Below are positions 1-13,919 of a stretch of 64,000 bases of DNA, in pieces. This stretch comes from the human T2T-CHM13v2.0 reference genome, Homo sapiens: assembly GCF_009914755.1 (NCBI RefSeq), contig NC_060936.1; one strand, written 5' to 3'. The notes beneath the pieces were generated by a model. The model did not search any database. It saw only the letters and a program-made list of their open reading frames with translations, and was not told where the DNA came from. A program made the translations under genes and the position numbers. The first letter of the stretch is position 1. Every line of letters starts with the position of its first letter.

Positions 1-199
1 AGTCGTTGGCCATAAAAGGCTTTGTTTAATAATCACAGTCATGTCTTCTGTTACTCTGTGTCAACAGCACAGTGTCACGCTCAGAGACTGCTTTCTTACA
101 GTCTCAGCAATCTCTTTGGTCTTTTATGCCTCTCCTTAAGTTCTCTCAAGATCTGTTCTCTTCAAGATCCAGGTGCTTCTGCTGTTCTACTCAATTGTT

Positions 200-242
200 A
201 AAAGAAAGAAAGAGAGAGAGAGAGAGAAAGAAAGAAAGAAAG
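200..242. repeat. (GAAA)n/(GA)n compound microsatellite
   Basis: aaagaaagaaagagagagagagagagaaagaaagaaagaaag read directly. Confidence 0.9.
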
Positions 243-1379
243 CATCATAATTTTTAAGAAGATTGGAATCACCAGGACTTGTTTTCTTACCCATTTCTCT
301 CTTACTTCTATAATACTCATATTCTGTGGCTTTAGAGAAGTCCTCCTACTCTGAGATTAAAAACTCTAATTTGTAACTTAAGCCATTATAAAATGTATGC
401 TAGAGGATAATTCTGGTTTTTAAATATGGTACTTATAAATACAGCATTATTAGAAGTCAAGAATGTTTCCAACTTCTGTGTTTGTCATATATTTGTCTAG
501 GCCTCTATAGTAAACTGCTTTACCCTTGACCTCTAGCTACGTTTTCTCCTCCTTCTTCTAATTGCTCCAAGCTTTCTTCTTAGGTCATTGCAAGCTGTCC
601 TACTTCTTCCCTGGTACACTTATGTTCTGTATACTTGGACTGCCTGCCTGTTCTCAGTTTATTTCTCATCCTTATTTGGAAAGTACAGAACTTGAGAATG
701 GTAAACAAAATCGACATTCTTTGTTATTTGGTAGGCAAGTAGCTAATTTAAGAATTAAAATAGAAGTATAAATTATTATAAGAGTTATAAGTGGTTGAGT
801 GCCAATTTTGTGCTTTTAGCTGTAGAAAAGAAAATCATTTTCTTACAAAACTGTGACTATACACTGTTGGTAATAAAATATTCATGCTAATCATGTTCAT
901 AAGATTGTAACAGAAATGCTGATATTCTAATATCTCCATTTCTCCCCCTATGGTACTTAGTAAACTATGGAACTAGATACTAGTCTAGAGCATTTTTTTC
1001 TTTCTCATATTATATTATAGGTCATTCTAATACTAATTGTAACTAAAAAGTAAGCATTTTCTAAAACTATTTCTATTACCAATGAAAAATTGTGTTGAAT
1101 GCTAATACTAATTATTTGTCAATGGTAACCTTTTGTTAAAAGAATTAATTCTTTTGTTCATACTAGGCAGGACAGAAACTGAACTGGCAAGAGAGACAGA
1201 TAAATCTAAATTTCTGTAGCACTTTTTTCTCTCAATATAAATATTTAATTATGTAATGAGAAATTCTTATGAAAAATTGTGACATACAATGGGATTGATT
1301 CTTTCTCTGTAAGTAGGGCACTAGTCATGTATCTGAGAAAGAAATTAAAACTTTTAAAGTATTTTTAAGTGATGGATCT

Positions 1380-1880
1380 ATTCTAGGCACTTTAAAATAT
1401 TCTCTTTAATTGTCACTGTACCCTACAAACTAGATATTATCATCCCTATTTCACAGATGAGTAATTAAGGTGAAATAACTTGCCCACAGCTGCACAGTTA
1501 ATACTAGGAAGAGCCAGAGGTATGACACAAGGCTGATTCTAAAGCTCATGTCCTTTCCATCTTCTTAAAATAGGCCCCTCTGCTCATTCTTCAGGAGAAA
1601 ATCAGCCTTGCGATATATTATAATACCTACCACGAGAGCCTTGTGGTTTGGTGGATAAGGATGTGGGATCTGAGGTTAAACTGAATTTGGAGCTCAATCC
1701 TGTCACTCACTGATTGTGTAATCTTGAACATTACTTGATGTCTCTGCGCTTCAATTTCGTCATCTGTAAAAATGGGGTGATAACAATAATATCCACTCAG
1801 TAGTGTGGTTTGTAAGGACTAAATGAGGGAATACACATAAAGTTCTCAATAAAGTGGTGAATACATAGTGTTCAATGGAC
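1380..1880. mobile_element. Two MIR SINE fragments in opposite orientations
   Basis: MIR core in both orientations: tattatcatccctatttcacagatgag (~1435-1461) and tttcgtcatctgtaaaaatgggg...aggactaaatgag (~1755-1827). Confidence 0.7.
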
Positions 1881-2056
1881 ATTTTCCAGGAGTTTGTTCT
1901 CCCTATAAAAGTTGGTCTTTTTGTGGGTAGAGAAAAGATGTATGGGTTGTAAATTCCTTTCTTCTTAGCCACTTATGTCTGGCTGATTTGGAAATCACTG
2001 CTTGTTTTAGATCCCTGCCAGATTTTACATGTTCATTTTTTTTTTCCTTTCATGCA

Positions 2057-2563
2057 TCGTAGAAGATTAAAAATGCCCATAAATTCTTTGCTAATTCACC
2101 CTTTGAGAAGATTTTCCTTCTCTTGAATATATGCTAGACTTAGTGACTTACTTGATAAATAGAATATTGCAGAGTGGGACTTTTAAGGCTAAATAAAAGG
2201 AGTCTTGCATCTTTTGTCCACATCTCTTTGAATGCTTCTCTGGGAGTCCTCAAGCATCAAGTGAGAAGTCTGACTGCCTTGAAATGTTGCAGAGGCCATG
2301 TGTAGGCACTCTGGTCATCAGATCCAGCTAAGTCAAGTTTTCCAGTCATCCCTGCCAAAGTATCAGACATCCAAGGAAAGCTGTTTTGGACCCTCCAGAC
2401 CAATCTGGATATCACTGAAGATGCTTAGTTGACAGAAGAATCTCCCAGCTGAGCCCTGCTTTAATTCCTGACCCCCAAAATTATGAGATATAATGAAATG
2501 GTTGTTGTTTTAAGCCACTACATTTTGGGGTAATTTGTTACACAGCACTGGATAACAGAAACA
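2057..2563 (+). mobile_element. MLT1 (MLT1H/G-like) MaLR solo LTR
   Basis: MLT1-type 3' end: cccagctgagccctg...ttttaagccactacattttggggtaatttgttacacagca...aacagaaaca. Confidence 0.7.
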
Positions 2564-2673
2564 TGCATTTATTTATTTTAAAAGAAACTCCTGTGCGAAA
2601 AACTCTTCTAGGTAGTGGGGAATGATGCATCTATGAACAACTTTAGCATGATCACTGATCTCATGAAGGTTAC

Positions 2674-3115
2674 TGTCTTAGCCAGGGTTCTCCAGAGAAA
2701 TAGAACCAACAAGATAAGTATATACAGGCATGTATATATAAAAGGAGATTTATTATAGGAATTGGTTCACATAGTTATGGAGGTCAAGAAGTCCAACAAT
2801 CTGCTGTTTGCAAGCTGAGAAACAAAGAAAGCCAGTGGTGGAATTTAGTCAGAGGCCAAAGACCTGAGAATTGGGGTATGTGTGAGGGAATGAGCAGATA
2901 GTGTAAATCCCAGTCTGAGTCAGATATCTCAAGAACCGGGAACACCAGTGTCCAAGTGTAGGAGAAAATGGATGTCTTAGCTCAAACAGAGAAAGCAAAT
3001 TCGCCCTTCCTTTGCCTTTTTATTCTATTCAGACCCTCAATAGATTGGATAATGCCCGTTCACATTGGGGAGAGTCATCTGCTGTACTCAGATCACCAGT
3101 TCAAATGCAAATATT
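2674..3115 (-). mobile_element. MLT2 (MLT2D-like) ERV-L LTR, truncated
   Basis: Begins tgtcttagccagggttctccagagaaatagaacc; gagatttattataggaattgg...gcaagctgaga; resembles the LTRs at 35397 and ~41170. Confidence 0.8.
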
Positions 3116-3199
3116 GCTAATACCTACTATTTGAATTAAAATTCCTTTAAGATTCAGTAAATATATCTGATAAGAAAATATTTCTGGCTACTTGCTATT

Positions 3200-3530
3200 C
3201 CTTTCCTTTGAGCCAAAATGATCCTATAGAATATGATCATTCATTCCCCTTACTCATCAGACTTAGCCCTAATTTTTTTTCTGTTCCCCCAATCAAATTC
3301 ATCCTGCAACAATAAGAATTTTCCAGTATTTAGGATATTCAAAAGGATATATTGTTCACTTTAATGAAAAGACCAAAAAAGGAATGTCAAAAATATTTTT
3401 AACAGTAGTAGTGGCAAAGCCAGCATGGGTGCAGGGCCTCCTGAGGTGACTCGTTTGAAAGAAACATCATTCATTTGGATATTCAAGTAATGTTATATTT
3501 TTTAAAGAAACAATTACACTATGCTATCAT
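3200..3530 (+). mobile_element. Probable MARNA (ancient mariner-type DNA transposon) fragment
   Basis: gcctcctgaggtgactcgtttgaaagaaacatcattcatttggat resembles the recalled MARNA 3' region. Confidence 0.5.
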
Positions 3531-3699
3531 CATGCCATATTTTGTGGGTGTTCATGCGTGTGAGCTTGATTTCATTTGTGCTCATCTTTTCGACTATTTT
3601 CCATGTGCCAGTGATTTTTTCAAATGTGTCTTCTACTTCAAATTTCTGACTGATCTCTTATTATTTATATCTCTGAATTTCCCCAAGCCCTGAAATTCT

Positions 3700-4680
3700 G
3701 TTTATTCTATCTAGGCTTAGCTAATTTTCTCCTCTTCCCAAACATTTACTTCTCTTTTAATTTCTACTGAATGAATGGTATGGTAACCAGCTTGGTTGCC
3801 TAAGGTAAAAATGTGGATGTCATCTTGGATACCTTCTGCTTTCTCAACACTCACAATGAATTTCTCATCAAATCTGGTTGATTCTACTTTAAAAATATAT
3901 CTTGAATTTCCAACAACCCTCCCCAATTACAATTGCCTTGATTCATGATTTTATGTCTCTTGCTAGACTACTGTCCCTTCTGCCTGGAATGCTGTTACTC
4001 ACTTTGACTCCATGGTGAACATGTTTTTCAAGACTCGGTTTAAGCTCATCCCTTCCGTATTCCGTAGCATCATGTTCATGCCTCTGAAGCAGCCTTAAGC
4101 ACATTGTAGTATTATTCATTTATATTGAGGTCTATCTTCAACTTTTTTTCACAGCTTAGTATAGACATGGCATTTTATTTATTCATTCAGCAAGTATATA
4201 TTAAACATGGGACAGGCAGACTGCTTGATTCTGCTGTACAAAACAGATAAGATCTCAGACCTTGTGGGTCATACAACATGGTGAGGGAGATAGATAATAA
4301 AATAAATAATTACAGTAAAGGGTAATGAAGATAATAATAGGTGGATGATAGGAGGCCATGACAGTATGTAATATATTATATGGGATAAGAAAAGTGTTTA
4401 CCTGAGGCGGTAACATTTAATCTGAGACCTGAAAGGTGTGTTAGAGTCAGCCAGATTTAAGGATGAGAAGATGGGACTAGGAGGAAGCATATTTCTTTCA
4501 GAGGAAATAACACATGCAAAGACCCAGAGGTCACAGAGTACTGATCAAAGCCCTTGAAAGTTTGCTTGATATCCTGTCTTATAGGAAAAAAAATTTTTTT
4601 AAATGAAATCAAAGCCATTGAAGGGATTGGAAAAATAATGTAAAGCTATCAATAAATATTTATTGAATGAATAAAGTGTG
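3700..4680. mobile_element. L2 LINE fragments, both orientations
   Basis: cttctgcctggaatgct; attcattcagcaagtat; taataaatat-like terminus caataaatatttattgaatgaata; tctgagacctgaagg-like motif. Confidence 0.65.
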
Positions 4681-5823
4681 GGGACATGAGTCCGTCTATA
4701 ATACTGAGTTTACTAAAGAACATTAAACTTTTTTGAGTTAAATTGTACAAAAAACTTTTAAATTTGTTTGTGGATTTCCCTATACTCTTAAACAGAAATC
4801 ACCTAATTATACTTTTATTTGAAAATTTAAGCAAACCAGTAATAATTCCAGTTTGCATTGATGCAACAGCCATTTTTAGTTGTCTATTTCATATCCACTC
4901 TAATCTCTGTTCTCCCTTATTAAGAAAACCTCCTTTTCTTGGGGTTGCAAAGGCAATTGACTGTGATTGCTCTAGAGTTGTGATATCTAATATACTAACC
5001 ACTAGCCACATGTGGCTGCAGAGCATGTGAAATAAGACTAGTCTGTGGCTGGCTTCACCACCTGCTGATTGAAGAGCCCCAAAGTCTTAAGGAAACATAG
5101 GCAGTAGCCACGTAGTGGTTATAGTAAGCCTTGGGCAAGACCCAGTGCTGTGTTGGCAGGTCTGACCCAGTGCAGTCCCAATAGTGGTGGCCATAGAAGT
5201 GCTGTGACATCTCTCCCCCAGCCCCAGGCAGCTCAGCAGAGAGAGAGAGAAACTCTGTTTGGGAGAAAGTAAGGGAAGAAAACAATAGTTTCTGTCTGGC
5301 AATCCAGATAATTCTTCCTGATCTTATCCAAGACCACCAAGGCAGTACCTCTATAAGTGTGCAAGAACTAGTGTTACTGGGCTTGGGGTGCCCCCTAATG
5401 CAGATACAGCTGCAGTAAACAAAAACTTAGATAACAACAATTAAGTCCCTTTGAATACCTGGAAAGCCTTCCTTCCCAAGAAGGACAGGTACAAATAAGC
5501 CTAGACTGCGAAGACTACAATAAATATCTAACTCTTCAATGCCCAAACACTGACAAACATCCACAAGCATCAAGACCATCCAGGCAAACATGACCATACC
5601 AAACAAATGAAATATGTCACCAGGGGCCAGTCCTGGAGAGACAGAGATATGTGACCTTTCAGACAGAGAATTCAAAATAGCTGTTTTGAGAAAACTCAAA
5701 GAAATTTAAGATAACCCAGAGAAGGAATTTAGGATAAAAAGAATCAAGTAGAAATTCTGGAGTTGAAAAATGCAAACGACATACTGAAGAATGCATCAGA
5801 GTCTTCTGTATCAGGAATGATCA

Positions 5824-6489
<666 letters not shown>

Positions 6490-9400
6490 TTAATAATCAA
6501 AGTTCCAAAGGTCAAAGTAAAGTAAGGATCCTAAAAGCAGCAAGAGAAAAGAAACAAATAATATAAAATGGAGCTCTAATAGATCTGGCAGTAGACTTTT
6601 CAGTGGAAACCTTACAGGACAAAAGAGAGTGACATGACATATTTAAGTGTTGAAGAAAAAAACCTTTTACCTCACAGTGTTATACTGGTGAAAGTATCCT
6701 TCAAACATGAGGGAGAAATTATTTCCCAGACAAACAAAAACTGAGGGATTTGATCAACAACAGACTGTCCTACAAGAAATGCTAAAAGGAATACTTCAAT
6801 CAGAAAGAAAAGGGTGTTAATGAGCAATCAAAATCATCTGTAGGTACAAAACTCACTGGTGATAGTAAGTTCACAGAAAAACAGAGAATATTATAGCACT
6901 GTAATTGTAGTGTGTGAACTACTCATATTCTAAGTTGAAAGACAAAAAGATATCAATTAAGAATAATAACTTCAACAAGTTTTCAAGACATAAACAGTAC
7001 AATAAGATATGAATAGAAACAACAAAGTAAAAAAAACAGGGAGACCAAATTACAGTTTTTATTAGTTTTCTTTTTACTTGTTTGTTTGTATGTTTATGCA
7101 ATCAGTGTTAAGTTGTCATCAGTTTAAATAATGGGTTATATAATTTGCAAGCCTTGTAGTAACCTGAAATCTAAAAACATACAATGGATACACAAAAAAT
7201 AAAAAGCAAGAAACTAAAACATATCACCAGAGAAAATCACCTTCACCATAAAGCAGTCAGAACGAAAGAGAAGACCACAAAACAAACAGATAACAAATAA
7301 TAAAATGGCAGAAGTAAGTTCTTATTTATCAATATATTATTGATAACATTGAACATAAATGGACTAAACTCTCAGACCAAAAGACATGGAGTGGCTGAAC
7401 ATATTTTTAAAAATGACCCAATGATCTGTTGCCTACAAGAAACACACTTCACCTATAAAGACATAGACTGAAAATAAAGAGATGGAAAAAATATTCCACA
7501 CCAATGAAAACCAAAAAAGAAAAAAAGAGCAGGAGTAGCTATATGTATATCAGACAAAATTGATTTCAAGATGAGAAGTATTAAAAGAGGCAAAGAAGGT
7601 AATTATATAAAGATAAAGGGGTCAATTCAGTAAGAGTATATAGCAATTATAAATATATATGTACTCAAACACTGGAGTACCAGATATATAAAGCAAATAT
7701 TATTAGAGCTAAAGGTAAAGAGACAGACCCTCAATACTATAATAGCTAGAGACTTCAACACTCCACTTTTAGCATTGAACAGATCATCCAGACAGAAAAT
7801 CAACAAAGAAACACTGAACTTAATCTGCACTATAGACCAAATGAACCTGATAGATATTTACAGAACATTTCATCCAAGAGCTGCAGAATATACATTCTTC
7901 TCCTCAGCATATGGATCATTCTCAATAATAAACCATATCCTAGGCCTCAAAACAATTCTTAAAACAATTGAAATAATGTCAGGTATTTTCTATGACCACA
8001 ATGGAATAAAACTAGAAATCAACAACAGGAGGAATTTTGAAAACTATACAAATACATGGAAATTAAACAATAGGTTCCTGAATGAAAAGATAAAGAAGAA
8101 AATTAAAAAATTTCTTGAAGCAAATTATAATGGTAACACAACATACCAAAACCTATGGGAAACAGCAAAAGCAGTACTAAGAAGGTAGTTTATGGCTATA
8201 AGTGCCTACATCAAAAAAGAAAAGAAGAAAAATTTCAAATAAGCAACCTAACAATATATCTTAAAGAACTATAAAAGCAAGAGCAAACCAAACCCAAAGT
8301 TAGTAGTGGAAAATAAATAACAAAGATCAGAGCAGAAATAAATAAAATTGAAATGAAGAAAACAATACAAAAGATCAAAGAAACAAAAACTTTTTTGAAA
8401 AGATAAAAAAAATTGACAAACTTTTAGCCAGAATAACTAAGAAAAAAAGAGAGAAGACCCAAATAAATCAGAGATTAAAAAAGAAAACATTACAACCAGT
8501 ACCACAGACATTCAAAGGATCATTAGAGGTTACTATGAACAACTATATGTCAATAAATTGGAAAACCTAGAAGTGGATAAATTCCTAGACACACACAACC
8601 TACACAGATTGAACCATGAAGAAATCCACAACCTGATCTGACCAATAACATGTAACAAGATCAAAGTCATAATAAAAAGTCTGCCAGCTGAAAGTCTGGA
8701 CACAAGGCCATCACTGCTGAATTTTGCCAAACACTTAAAAGAAGAACTAATGCCATTCCTAATAAGAGTATTCCCAAAAAAGAGGCAGAGGGAATACTTC
8801 CACACTCACTCTGTGAGGACGGTATTACCCTGTTACCAAAACCAGACAAAGACACCTTAAAAAAAAGAAAAGAAAAATAAAGGCCAATATTTCTGATGGA
8901 CATTGATGCAAAAATCTTCAACAAAATAGTAGGAAACTGAATTCAATAACACATTAAAACAATCATTTATCATGAGCAAGTGGGATTTATCCCAGGGATG
9001 CAAGGATGGTTCAATATCTGCAAATCAATCAATGTGATAAATCATATTAACAGAATGAAGAACAAAAACCATATGATCATTTCAATTGATTCTGAAAAAG
9101 CATTTGCTAAAAATCAACATCCCTTCATGAAAAAAACTATCGAAAAACTGGGTACAGAAGGAACATACCTCAATATAATAAAAGCCATATTTGACAGACC
9201 CACAGCTAGTATCATAATGAATAGGAAAAAATGAAAACCTTTCCCCTAAGATCTGGAATATGATAAGGATGCCTGTTTTCACCACTATTATTCAACATAT
9301 ACTGGAAGTTCCAGCTAGAGCAATCAGAAGAGATAAAGAAATAAATGGCATTCAAATTGGAAAGGAATAAGTCAAATTATCCTTGTTTGCAGATGATATG

Positions 9401-11207
9401 ATTTTATATTTGGAAAAACCTAAAGACTCCATTAAAAAGTATTAGATCTGGTAAACAAATTCAGTCAAATGGCAGGATACAAAATCAACATACAAAAATC
9501 AGTAGCACTTCTATATGCCTGCAGCAAACAATCTGAAAAAGAAATAAAAAAGTAATTCCATTTACAATAGCTACAAATAAAGTTAAATACCCAGGAATTA
9601 ACTTAACCAAATAAGTGAAAGTTCACTATGATGAAAACTATAAAATATCGATGCAAGAAATTGAAGAAGACAGAAAAAAATGGAAAGATATTCCATGTTC
9701 ATGGATTGGAAGAATATTGTTAAAATGTTCATACTACCTAAAGCAATCTACAGATTCAATGCAATCCCTATCAGAATACCAATGACACTATTCACAGAAA
9801 TAAGAAAAATAATCCTAAAATTTATACAGAATCACAAAAGACCTAGAATAGCCAAAGCTATCCTGAGCAAACAGAACAAAACTGGAGGAATCATATTACC
9901 TGACTTAAAGTTAAACTACAGAACTATTATAACCAAAACAGCACGGTGCTGGCTTAAAAATAGACACATAAACCAATGGAACAGAATAAAGAACCCAGAA
10001 ATAGATCCTTACATATATGGTGAACTCATTTTTTACAAAGGTGTCAAGAACCTATATTGGGGAAAGGACAGTCTCTTCAATAAATAGTGCTGGGAAAACT
10101 AGATATCCATATACAGATGAATAAAACTAGACCTGTATCTTTCACTATATACAAAAATCAAATCAAAATGGATTACAGACTTAAATCTAAGGCCTCAAAC
10201 TATGAAACTACTGCAAGAAAATATTTGGGAAACTTTCCAGGGCATTGGACAGGGCATAGATTTCTTGAATAATATCCCACAAGCATAGGCAATCAAAGCA
10301 CAAGTGGACAAATGGGATCACATCAAGTTAAAAAGCTTCTGCATGGCAAAGAAAACAATCAATGAAGTGAAGATACAACCCACAGAATGGGAGAAAACAT
10401 CTGCAAACTATGTGTCTGACGACAGATTCATAACCAGAATACATAAGAAACTGAAACAACTTAGGAAAAAATACAATAATCCAATTAAAAAATGGGCAAA
10501 AGATCTGAATACACATTTCTCAAGAGAAGAAATAGAAATGGCAAACAGTGATATGAAAAGGTGCTCAACATCGTTGATCATCAGAGAAATGCAAATCAAA
10601 ACTACAATGAGATATCATCTCACCCCAGTTAAAATGGCTTTTACCCAAGGCAATAACAAATGCTGGTGAGGATAAAGAGAAAGGGGAACTTTTGTACATT
10701 GTTGGTGGGAATGCAAATTAGTACAGCCACCATGAAAAACAACATAGAAGTTCTTCTAAAAACTAAAAATAGCACTATCATATGATTCAGCAATCCCACT
10801 GCTAGATATATCCCTCAAAGAAAGGAAATAAGTATATTGAAAAGATATTTGCACTCATGTTTATTCCAGCACTATTCACAACAGCCAAGATTTGGAAGCA
10901 ACCTAACCAACAGATGAATAGATAATAAAAACGTGGTTCATATATACAAACAGTACTATTCAGCCATTAAAAATGAGATCCTGTCATTTGCAACAACATG
11001 GACGAAACTGGAGGTCATTATGTTAAGTGAAATAAGTCAGGCACAGAAAGACAAACTTTGCATGTTCTGACTTATTTGTGGGAGCTAAAAATTAAAACAA
11101 TTTGAACTTGTGGAAATAGCAGAATGACGGTTACCAGAGGCTGGGAAAAGCAGTGGGGCTTGGGTGGGGGCAAAGAAGTATGGTTAATGGGTACAAAAAA
11201 TAGTTGG

Positions 11208-11562
<355 letters not shown>

Positions 11563-12559
11563 TTAATAGTACAATTTAAAATAAAGAGCATAAGTAGATT
11601 GTAACACAAAGTATAAATGCTGGAAGTGATGAATACCTCATTTACTCTGATGTGATTATTACACATTGTATGCCTGTATCAAATTATCCCATACACCCCA
11701 TAAATATAATACACCCTACTATGTACCCACAAAAATTAAAAATTAAAAAAGAAAGCAAAAGAAAGAAATAAGGCTAGTCTGAAATGATATGTTGTAAGTA
11801 TAAAATATACACTGGAGTGCAAAAACTATAAAATGTAAAATATGCTATTAATAACTTTTGTATTATTTGCTTGTTGAAATAATATTATAAATGTTAGATT
11901 AAAATATATTATGAAAATTAATTCACCTGTTTCATTTTACTTAAAAAATGCCTACTAGTAAATTACATATGTGGTTTACATAATATATGTATTAGGAAGC
12001 ACTGAATTAGGCCATTCAAAACAATCCTGCTTTTCTTTTCCCTTTCCCAGCTTCCCTCAAAGGTAAGTATGACCATAGGATCCAATTCTGGACAATGAGA
12101 CCTGGACAGAATTCTAGGTGTGTTCTGGGAAAGTTTGGTTTTGTTTTGTTTTTAACTCCTGGTAAGGATTGAAACTGCATTGCCCTTTTGCTTTCCAGCT
12201 TCTTTCCCCCACTGAATTGTGGAGATAATAGCAAGTGGACACATGGGTTATTAAAAATATTTTAAAAACATTTTTAATGATTCAATATTTTTGGGAGAAA
12301 GGCTAATAGAATCGCATAGATTTTTGTCTTTGACAATATTGATTCATTGCTACTATATAAGAAAAATGGCATCCTATTTATGTAAACTACTATTGGTTCT
12401 GCATTCTATTTCTTATAGCCAGACAAGTTATTAACTAATACAATTGTATCTGATATTATCCTCAGGGTGGATTAGATTGTGTGGAACCGTTATGCCTGTT
12501 CTCAGCACCCTCTGACTGCTATGTATTTACATCTGCTTTTTAAACAATAATTTTTTAAA

Positions 12560-12808
12560 ATTATATTTTGTTGGGTACAGTATTCTATAAATGCCAATTA
12601 GGTCAAGTTGTTTTATAGTGTTGTTCAAGTCTTCCCTATTTGCACTGCTTTTATCCATTAATTTGATTAATTATTGAAAGGGAGGTGTCAAAATCTCCAG
12701 CTATAATTGTGATTTGACTACTCTCCTTGGAGCTCTATCAGTTTTTTGCTTCATAGATTTTGAAGCTTTGTTATCAGGTGCATAAAAGTGTGGTGTGGTT
12801 ATATCCTC

Positions 12809-12859
<51 letters not shown>

Positions 12860-13560
12860 AATGTAATCAATGCTTTTTCTTATTATGGAATGACCTTCTT
12901 TATCTCTGATAATATTTTTGTTCTAAAAAATCTACTTTGTCTAATATTAATATAGCCACTTCACCTTTTTTTGTTTAGTGTTATCATGGTGTATCTTTTC
13001 CTATTGTTTTACTTTTAACCTATTTATGTTTTTTATATTTAAAGTGGGTTTCTGTAAACAAGTGGTTGGATTCTGCTGTTGTACTCAAACTGGCCATTTT
13101 GGCTGCTAACTTAGGATGTTTAGGACATTTACATTTAATGTGATTATTGGTATGGTTGGGTTTAAATCTGCCTTGTAACTATTTCAATTTTCTTCATCTG
13201 TTTTCCACTTCTCTTTTTCCTTTTTTTTTGGTTTGTTTTTATTTCATGTTGAATATTATTTTATGCTTTCATTTTATCTCATTTGTTGCTTATATTACCT
13301 TAACTCAGGAAGACCGCAAATCTCTACTCGTTTCTCTCCCACTGGGTCATGACCTAGAAACTTTTTTAGCCAGTAAGCTGGGGCAATAACAGGGCTCAAC
13401 TTGTTTGTCTCTTGTCTCTCAGAAATCACTGCCTTTCATTGCCTGGTGTTTAATGTCTTGAAAACCATTCTCATATATTTTGTCTGGTTTTTTAATGGTT
13501 TCAGGTGGGAGGGTAAATCTGGTCTGTGTTACTCCATTTTCACTGGAAGTAGAAGTCTCC
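12560..13560 (-). mobile_element. Old L1M fragments (ORF2 endonuclease-region and 5' pieces)
   Basis: Antisense L1M-like text: aaatctccagctataattgtg, ttttgaagctttgttatcaggtgcata, ctaatattaatatagccact. Confidence 0.7.
12812..12857. repeat. (AT)n microsatellite, ~23 units
   Basis: Pure TA alternation. Confidence 0.95.
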
Positions 13561-13919
13561 TTCATTATCTTTTTGATATAAGATTGATTACATACAAAAA
13601 ATTGACATGTAAATAATGAAATGTAATGTAAGTATCTGCTTGTTTTACTTTTTTCTGTTACCTCCCTTCTTTTCAAGGGGTGTGTGAGCTTTCACTTGTA
13701 ACGATACAATTGTTTCTTCTCTTTCTTTTATACACCACCACCAAACAATTCAGATGTTCTGCAATTCCAGCTTTAAAAATATACCCCAAATTGATCACAT
13801 CTACTGTCAGTGCTTCCCAGGTTAAGCCACCATCATCTCTGGAAACTACTGCAATGGCCACTTAACTTGTTTCCTGCATCTATCCCTCAGCTCTCCCAGT
13901 CTGTCCCCAAATATCAACT

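Noticed and set aside
7775-10669. Active L1 ORF2
   Set aside because: Broken into short ORFs by many stops and frameshifts; old subfamily; ORF1 interrupted by an Alu
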